A model generated the notes under the pieces. The model saw nothing but the letters and a program-made list of their open reading frames with translations. It did no database searches and had not been told where the DNA came from. The position numbers were made by a program, and so were the translations under genes. Shown piece after piece: positions 57,157-64,000 of a stretch of 64,000 bases of DNA. The DNA comes from Calditrichia bacterium (lineage in GTDB: Bacteria > Calditrichota > Calditrichia > JAJRVZ01): contig CAVZSQ010000022.1 in NCBI GenBank assembly GCA_963777955.1, forward strand, positions 288,001 through 352,000, in the 5' to 3' direction. Every line of letters begins with the position of its first letter. Position 1 is the stretch's first letter.

Positions 57157-60049
57157 ATGATTCGTTTGAATAGTTCCGGTATCTGTATATTTCTGGCAGT
57201 ACTAATGGCCGTAGGGCCGAATATATCCGTTTTCAGCTGCTGATAAAACTAAGAGCCCTGTAACTGTCAGGCAGAACCAGTCCGGCTGGGTCGAAAACGT
57301 AATCGTAATTAAATTTAGAGAATCCCCGCCGTCAGGTCACTCAATGTCCAAGACCGGTCAAGCGCAGTTCGATAAACTTATATCCAGATATCAGATCTAT
57401 AATCTGCAACCGGTATTACCCTCGATAGTGCAAAGTATGTTTAAACTGTCAACCGCTCATCTGGATCGGGTATTTTATGCTTATTTCAGCGGCGATCAGG
57501 ATCCCTGGCAAGTGGCGCAAAATATATCTAAAGATGCTGCTGTTGAATATGCGGAACCAAAATATTTGCATTATCTCGACGCAATACCCAATGATCCGGA
57601 TTATAGTACGTATCAGTCAGCATACTATAACCGTATCCAGGCCCCTGCCGCCTGGGATTATATACAAGGTGGCTGGGGATCGGTAATCGTGGCAGTGGTA
57701 GATGGAGGAACCGATATCGACCACCCCGATCTGGCAGCGAACATCTGGATTAACATAGATGAAATAAGCGATAATGGTCTGGATGATGATGGGAATGGAT
57801 TTACCGATGATATCCATGGTTGGAATTTTGCTGCCAATAGTCCCGATCCCAGCGGTTTGACATCAACACCTCAGAGTGCGATCCATGGTTCGCATGTTGC
57901 GGGAATTATATCCGCGGTGAGCAATAATGGCACAGGCGTAGCCGGGGTCAGTTGGAACATTACTTTGCTGCCGGTCAATACGGCAAATCCTGAGGCGGAT
58001 AACAGCATCCTTTATGGTTATGATGGAATTCTGTACGCTGCTTACAATGGTGCCAGGATTATTAATTGCAGCTGGGGCAGGTTGGGAGGTGCTTCGGTTT
58101 ATGAGCAGGAGGTTATCGCTGCAGTTACCCAACTGGGAGTGCAGGTTGTGGCTGCTGCCGGTAATAATAGCAGTTCAGAAAACCATTTTCCCTCTTCCTA
58201 CACTCATGTTTTTTCTGTAGCAGCTACCGATTCAGACGACAACAAGGCATCCTTTTCCAATTACGGACCGACAGTGGATATATCGGCACCGGGGGTGAAT
58301 ATTTATAGTACCTATCACAATGGGACTTACGGTTATCTTTCCGGCACTTCACAGGCTTCCCCCCTGGCAGCGGGTGTAATCGGACTGGTCCAGACTCAGC
58401 ACCCGGCCTGGTCTTCCCGCCAGGCTGCTGAACAACTCCGGATCACTTCCGATGTGATAGCCGCACATTATGGACAACTGGGACACGGACGGATCAATGC
58501 CTACCGGGCCGTAACCGAAAGCTGGCCCTCCATTCGCATCAGTAAAGTTGATTTTACCGATTCAGATCAGGATAAGATCATTGAATCCACAGAAACGATA
58601 AACGTATATCTCAGTTTAATCAACTATCTGGTTGCCGCCAGCGATGTTACTCTGATTTTATCTACCACGGATCCCTGGGTGGCAGCAGGGACATCCAATC
58701 TCTTTCGGCCTGCTATCGGGAGTATGGAAGAAATTACCATGACTGTACCCTTTACCTTTCAAGTTGCCAGTAATCCACCGCGAGGGCATGCGGTTGAATT
58801 TACCCTCACCATTACCAGTGGTAATTACCAGGATAGCGATAATTTTTCGTTGACCATTTTACCGACATTCGGGACTATCGATATTGGCAATGTGGAGTTG
58901 ACCGTGACCAATGTCGGACGGATTGGTTTTCCGAATTCAGGTGACTTGACCCAGGGCCTGGGATTCAAATATAAAAGTGGTCCGAATTTGCTTTTCGAAG
59001 GTGCTGTCATTACCGGTAGCGGTTCCTCTGCAATATCTAATGCAGCCCGGGGTGCTGCGGGGACGGATTATGATCAGGATTTTTCAGTGAGCAACAACGG
59101 CGATCTGAAGATTATAACACCGGGAGACCATAGTGATCAAGAGAGTAGTGGTGCATTTGAAGATAATTTAGCAGCCAGTCCGCTGAACATACGTATTGAT
59201 CAGACAACCTATGCTTACAGTCAATCCGGTTATGAGGATTTTGTGATTTTTAAATACCGGATTATCAACGTGAATCAGACTATCCTGGATAATTTTCATT
59301 TCGGTTTGTTTTTCGACTGGGATTTGGATGGTGATACTTATGACACGAATATTGCCGGGTATGATGCCCTGCGGCAGCTGGGGTATGTATATGACAGCGG
59401 CGGAACGGGTCCTGAAACGTATGTGGGAGTGGCGGCTTTAAATTCCGGTAGTATATCCTGTCGCGCCATATATAATGATGAAAATCATATTTCTAACCCA
59501 TCCTGGGGTATATATGATGGATTCAGTGATGCGGAGAAATGGGAATCGATCAGCGGGGGATTGACGTATACCACTGCCGGACCGGCGGATATATCGCAGG
59601 TCATCGCTCAAGGACCATATTCGATTTCAGCCGGAGGTACGCTCACACTCGGTTTTGCCATGATTGGCGGAAATATGTTAAATCAATTACAGGTACATGC
59701 CGATTCCGCCAGATCTGTCTGGGAGAAACTGCTATTACTGGACATCCCTGATCAGCCCATGGTTACGGCAGAAAATTTTTATCTGTCGCACAATTATCCC
59801 AATCCATTCAATCCTGCCACCACGCTGGAAATTGATATTAAGTATGTCACTAAGGTAAAATTAGAGATCTTCGACAGCCGGGGACAATTGATCCGTTCGC
59901 TGCTGGATGAACAGAAAGGAAGTGGCCGCTACAAAATTCAGTGGGATGGACGCGATCAGAAAGGAATGGACGTCGCTTCCGGGTTATATCTCTGTCGTTT
60001 AAAAACACCGGAGTTCGGGCAGACCAGGAAAATGTTATTGCTGCGCTGA
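57157..60049 (+). CDS. Secreted S8 (subtilisin-like) serine peptidase with C-terminal sorting/FlgD-like domain; indel near 57235
   Basis: VAVVDGG, HGSHVAG, AAAGN, SGTSQASP triad; LSHNYPNPFNP, WDGRD, TRKMLLLR. The signal peptide starts at ATG 57157 in another frame. Confidence 0.92.
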
Positions 60050-60145
60050 ATTTAGCAGCAACAATTTGCGGCCTCGCCCGTAATATTCAATAAATTCAAT
60101 TATTATGTATCTCGAAGATCTTTTATACTATTAAAAGGAGTTAAT

Positions 60146-60742
60146 ATGAAGAAAGCATTTATTTTCATTCTGATGTTTTTACTGCTGGCGGGTACGATTC
60201 TGGCTCAGGGTAAAGCTGAAGCAGAAAGTAAAAGGATGCGGCCGGCGCTGGTGGTTATTGATATTCAGAATCAATTTCTGCCAATGGTTCCGGAACGGGA
60301 GAAAGAAGTTAGCCTGTATATGATTAATGTATTCATCGATATGTTCAGGAAAAATGGCTTTCCGGTCATTCAGGTTCATCATACAGATCCGGCTAGTGGC
60401 ATACCCGCACCCGCTTCGGAAGCATTTCAATTTCCAGCTACCGTTCAGATCAAATCCGATGATCCGCTGGTAATTAAAAATTACGGCAATTCGTTTAATA
60501 AGACTGAGTTGAATAAAATCCTGCAGGATAAGAAATGCAATACGGTTTTCCTGTGCGGTTTAAGTTCGGTCGGCTGTGTGCTGGCCACGTATTTTGGCGC
60601 CCATGATCTGGACTATAAGGCCTTCATGTTGAAAGATGCCATTATGAGTCATAATTCTGCCTATACCGATAATATTGAAGATATTTTCGGAGCAGTGAAT
60701 TATGAGACTGTCGAGGTCATGCTGGAGAATGCGGAAAAATAA
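60146..60742 (+). CDS. Isochorismatase-family cysteine hydrolase with signal peptide
   Basis: AGGAG RBS, ALVVIDIQN, K..GNSF, CGL...GCVLAT. Confidence 0.88.
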   Translation: MKKAFIFILMFLLLAGTILAQGKAEAESKRMRPALVVIDIQNQFLPMVPEREKEVSLYMINVFIDMFRKNGFPVIQVHHTDPASGIPAPASEAFQFPATVQIKSDDPLVIKNYGNSFNKTELNKILQDKKCNTVFLCGLSSVGCVLATYFGAHDLDYKAFMLKDAIMSHNSAYTDNIEDIFGAVNYETVEVMLENAEK

Positions 60743-60811
60743 ATGTAATCTGGCAGTAAAATATTGTCTATATAATTTTTATATGAAGTTGCGAAAAGAA
60801 ACCAAATTACA

Positions 60812-60892
60812 TCCCTATTAATAAAGGGGATTAGGGGGTTGTTTTTATTGCGTCAGATCCAACAACCCCCTTACCCCCTTTTCTAAGGGGGA
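60812..60892. repeat. Inverted pair of CCCCCTT..AAGGGGG-type hairpin repeats
   Basis: AGGGGGTTGTT (60833-60843) pairs with AACAACCCCCT (60861-60871), followed by CCCCCTTTTCTAAGGGGG. Confidence 0.7.
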
Positions 60893-60949
60893 ACCTCTTC
60901 CTGGACAATAGTGCAGGGTATTCTTCAACACCATCGATTTAATATTTCT

Positions 60950-61121
60950 ATGTCATAAATATCAGACAAATCCGTAAATAATTCATATATATGCCAAATA
61001 TACATATTAGTATGCCAATATGACACTGGTATTTTTTAATAACAATTATAGTGCTTTTATTATTAACCTATTTACAAACAATAGGTTAAGCAAAGAATAT
61101 GTAATTTGGCATGGTCTTTGT
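60950..61121 (+). promoter_or_regulatory. Putative sigma-54 promoter of hsp20 with upstream activator and IHF-like sites
   Basis: TTGGCATGGTCTTTGT with GG at 61108-09, N10, GT at 61120-21 (GT instead of GC). Inverted repeat TTAACCTATT-N7-AATAGGTTAA at 61063-61089. TG(T/C)CA..(G)ACA motifs at about 60950, 60992 and 61013. Confidence 0.55.
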
Positions 61122-61181
61122 TTATAGATAATTCAGTTTAGTTAACTGAAAGTAAGAACAAAACAAAAAAGGAGATAAATC

Positions 61182-61616
61182 ATGACACTCGTAAAATGGA
61201 ATCCAAATCGCAGTCTGTTTAATCTGACCGGAGGTCTGTTCGAAGATTTCTTCGGCGCCGATCGCATGCTGTCCCGTACGGATGGTATCTGGTACCCCGA
61301 GGTTGATATCAAAGAAGATAAAGATGCCTATCATGTGGTGCTGGAACTTCCGGGTTTAAGCAAGGACGATGTGCAGATTTCGCTGGAAGACGGTGTACTG
61401 ACGGTAAAAGGTGAAAAGAAAACCGAGCAGGAAGAGAAGGAAGGGGATTACCACTACTATGAACGCCGCTTCGGAAAGTTTGAACGCATGTTCCGGATCA
61501 ATTCGGAGATTAAGCAGGATCAGATTGACGCCTCCTTCAAGGACGGTGTCCTGGCCATCGAATTGCCCAAGGCCGAAACGGCCAAGCCGAAACAGATTGC
61601 CATTAACGTGAAGTAA
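61182..61616 (+). CDS. Hsp20/alpha-crystallin small heat-shock protein
   Basis: AGGAG RBS, PEVDIKE, ELPGL, ERRFGKFER, ASFKDGVLAIELPK. Confidence 0.95.
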   Translation: MTLVKWNPNRSLFNLTGGLFEDFFGADRMLSRTDGIWYPEVDIKEDKDAYHVVLELPGLSKDDVQISLEDGVLTVKGEKKTEQEEKEGDYHYYERRFGKFERMFRINSEIKQDQIDASFKDGVLAIELPKAETAKPKQIAINVK

Positions 61617-61645
61617 ATACTAATCGTCAGATGCACTCTGTGTGT

Positions 61646-61679
61646 AAGGGCGGATATCAATCCGCCCTTTTTATTTTTT
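61646..61679 (+). terminator. Rho-independent terminator of hsp20
   Basis: AAGGGCGGAT-atca-ATCCGCCCTT followed by a T-run. Confidence 0.8.
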
Positions 61680-61702
61680 AACCGCAGATATACACAGATA
61701 AT

Positions 61703-61797
61703 ATATTTCACGGAGATCCACTGAGGAGACACAGAGTTACACGGAGATGATTTCTCTGTGTAACTCTGTGCCTGCTCTGTGTCCCTCCGTGAAATAT
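61703..61797. repeat. Long hairpin built from 9-nt periodic CAC(A/G)GAG units
   Basis: Inner arms CACAGAGTTACACGGAGA and TCTCTGTGTAACTCTGTG; outer arms ATATTTCACGGAG and CTCCGTGAAATAT. Confidence 0.8.
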
Positions 61798-61802
61798 TGT
61801 TC

Positions 61803-62345
61803 TTATTTCAGAATTTTAGATATAGATCTGAATTTCTCCGTACCGGCCTGCCGGCAGAGTTCGAAAAGAATAGACTCATAAGTTGAAATAATTGCCCCTG
61901 CCTGAAACATGCGCTGAACCGCAATGACTTTATCATTCAACCTGCGCGAGGAAATACAATCTTCGATTATCACCGGTTGATATTTGCGCTCGATTAAATC
62001 GACCACGGTTTGCAATACACAAACATGCGCTTCAATACCGGCAATGATTACATAATTCCGTTTTAATTCAGCCAGTGCCGAATTGAACGGCTCGCTGGCA
62101 CAGCAGCTGAAGGATATCTTCTCCAACGGTTTGCATTCCGGGAGTAAAGTCCTTACAGGTTCGACCGTGGCACCCAGACCTTTGGGATACTGCTCGGTTA
62201 TGACGAAGGGAACATCGAGGGCTGTCAATCCTTTAATCAGTTTTTGACAATTTTCTATCAGCAGTTGCGGTTCCTGCATATGCGGAAGCAGTTTTTCCTG
62301 AATGTCGATAATTATTGCCACGCTCTGATCTAACTCGATAAGCAT
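61803..62345 (-). CDS. Isochorismatase-family hydrolase (YcaC/ISOC-like)
   Basis: IIDIQEKL, TEQYPKGLG.T, K.SFSC, GIEAHVCVLQT. Confidence 0.92.
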   Translation of the reverse strand: MLIELDQSVAIIIDIQEKLLPHMQEPQLLIENCQKLIKGLTALDVPFVITEQYPKGLGATVEPVRTLLPECKPLEKISFSCCASEPFNSALAELKRNYVIIAGIEAHVCVLQTVVDLIERKYQPVIIEDCISSRRLNDKVIAVQRMFQAGAIISTYESILFELCRQAGTEKFRSISKILK

Positions 62346-62353
62346 ATTAGTCA

Positions 62354-62402
62354 GTTCCTAGTTCCTTAGTTCCTTAGTTCCTTAGTTCCTTAGTTCCTTA
62401 GT
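62354..62402. repeat. 8-nt tandem repeat (GTTCCTTA) x5 plus one 7-nt variant
   Basis: Perfect copies at 62361-62400, GTTCCTA at 62354-62360. A second tract (TACTCAGG) x3 lies at 62465-62488. Confidence 0.92.
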
Positions 62403-62490
62403 ATATTAATAAATATTCAAGTTACTAAAATATTTAAATACCTAAAATTACATTTTCATTGAATTACTCAGGTACTCAGGTACTCAGGAA

Positions 62491-64000
62491 CTATTCTTCT
62501 AATGTCGTCAGATCTCCGGCATCCTGGCCCAGGGCCCGGGCTTTCAGTACCCGTCTCATTATTTTCCCGCTGCGGGTTTTAGGCAAACTGTCCACAAATG
62601 TTACCGTCTCGGGTTTGGCGATCGGACCTATCTCTTTGCTGACATGTTCTTTCAATTCCTCGGCCAGGGTTTTCCCGGCAGTAACTCCGCTGCGTAAAAT
62701 TACATAAGTATGAATAGCATTTCCTTTTAATTCGTGCGGCAGGGCAATAGCTGCCGCTTCGGAAACAGCCGGATGACTGACCAGAGCGCTTTCAATTTCC
62801 GCAGTACCCAACCGGTAACCGCTTACCTTGATCACATCATCTATTCGCCCGATGATCCAGAAATATCCGTCTTCATCCACCCGGGCAGAATCCCCGGCTT
62901 TATACCAACCCTGTTTGGAATAATCTTTCCAGTAAATTTCCTTAAAACGGTCAGGATCACCCAGAATAGTACGGGCCATACCCGGCCATGGTGTTTTGAT
63001 CACTAATATTCCTTCCTCACCGGTTTTGACTTCATGGCCATGGTCATCAACCACGGCAATTTCGTTACCAAAAAATGGTTTAGTGGCTGAGCCGGGTTTC
63101 AATGGTGTGATTGGCAGAGGAGTGATCATAAATCCGCCTGTCTCTGTTTGCCACCAGGTGTCCATGATCGGGCATTTTTCTTTCCCGATGACCCGGTGAT
63201 ACCAGCGCCAGGCTTCAGGATTGATCGGCTCGCCTACCGAGCCCAGCAGGCGCAGACTGCTAAGGTCATGCCGGTTGGGCCAGGCTTCGCCAAAGCGCAT
63301 CAAACCGCGTATGGCTGTGGGAGAAGTGTACAGAATGGTGACACCATATTTTTCTATCATCTGCCACCAGCGGTTGGGATAGGGGTGATTGGGTGCTCCT
63401 TCGTACATGATTATCGTAGAGCCATTGATCAGCGGACCATAGACCATATAACTATGCCCGGTGATCCAGCCCGGATCTGCTGCACACCACCAGCGGTCTT
63501 CTTCCTTGATATCAAAAACCATACGGTGAGTTGTGGCTGTATAAACTGCGTACCCGCCGTGAGTATGCACCAGACCTTTGGGTGGGCCGGTCGTACCCGA
63601 GGTATAAAGAATGAACAGCATGTCTTCAGCATCCATCACTTCAGTTTCGCAGGTAGGACTGGCGATGGGCATGGACATCAAATCATTATACCAGAAATCA
63701 CGGTCGTTCTCCATGAACACTTCCTGGCCGGTGCGTTTAACAGTGATGCAAACCTCAATAGTGGGTGAACGGCGCATGGCCTGATTGGCAATTGATTTCA
63801 GATCGGTAATATTACCGCGGCGAAAACCTCCATCTGCGGTGATCAGTATACGGCTGTGGGCATCGGCGATTCTTTCAGCCAGCGCTTCCACGCTGAAACC
63901 GCCGTAAACAACACTGTGAGCTGCACCAATTTTTGCGCAGGCCAGCATGGCGATAGGCAGTTCGGGAATTTGGGGCATGTAGATGGTCACCACATCTCCC
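62491..64000 (-). CDS. acs: Acetyl-CoA synthetase (5' part lies outside the window)
   Basis: LYTSGTTG.PKG, ADPGWITGHSY, SVGEPINP, DTWWQTETGG, GRIDDVIKVSG, LPKTRSGKIMRR. Confidence 0.96.
   Translation of the reverse strand, partial: GDVVTIYMPQIPELPIAMLACAKIGAAHSVVYGGFSVEALAERIADAHSRILITADGGFRRGNITDLKSIANQAMRRSPTIEVCITVKRTGQEVFMENDRDFWYNDLMSMPIASPTCETEVMDAEDMLFILYTSGTTGPPKGLVHTHGGYAVYTATTHRMVFDIKEEDRWWCAADPGWITGHSYMVYGPLINGSTIIMYEGAPNHPYPNRWWQMIEKYGVTILYTSPTAIRGLMRFGEAWPNRHDLSSLRLLGSVGEPINPEAWRWYHRVIGKEKCPIMDTWWQTETGGFMITPLPITPLKPGSATKPFFGNEIAVVDDHGHEVKTGEEGILVIKTPWPGMARTILGDPDRFKEIYWKDYSKQGWYKAGDSARVDEDGYFWIIGRIDDVIKVSGYRLGTAEIESALVSHPAVSEAAAIALPHELKGNAIHTYVILRSGVTAGKTLAEELKEHVSKEIGPIAKPETVTFVDSLPKTRSGKIMRRVLKARALGQDAGDLTTLEE

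Noticed and set aside
61063..61089. CIRCE element upstream of hsp20
   Set aside because: The geometry fits 9-N9-9 but TTAACCTAT does not match TTAGCACTC.
60146..62345. Isochorismatase genes as part of menaquinone or siderophore synthesis
   Set aside because: They are generic cysteine hydrolases of the superfamily, unlinked to the men cluster, with no entA/entE-like genes present.

Overview
Bacterial chromosomal window with no rRNA, tRNA, CRISPR array or prophage that I can support. Two secreted proteins end in an 'L.xNYPNPFN...TRKMxxx' sorting domain, which suggests an FCB-group organism such as Calditrichota or KSB1 (inference). About 14 genes, including housekeeping ones, are split by small indels, most likely long-read consensus errors. 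Gene content in order: TPR protein, orphan secreted protein, fprA, a ~3,070-aa cyclic beta-1,2-glucan synthase, zwf-pgl, an IS200-type Y1/HUH transposase, a CotH/lamin-tail secreted protein, SDR, serA, AzgA-like permease, class A beta-lactamase-fold hydrolase, TRAP dctQM, nadE, MFS, OmpA protein, DUF4139 protein, recQ, a menG-F-D-H-B-A-E cluster lacking menC, GH2 beta-glucuronidase, rmuC, S8 protease, hsp20, two cysteine hydrolases and partial acs. The most unusual feature is the lone tnpA, embedded in 12 copies of a two-hairpin module: an 8-unit ~71-bp tandem array, 3 inverted units and 1 copy on the far side, with compensatory stem changes. Intergenic regions also carry several other classes of palindromic and 7-9-nt periodic repeats, often stacked directly behind stop codons. 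A ~500-bp two-gene fragment is fused onto the MFS gene.
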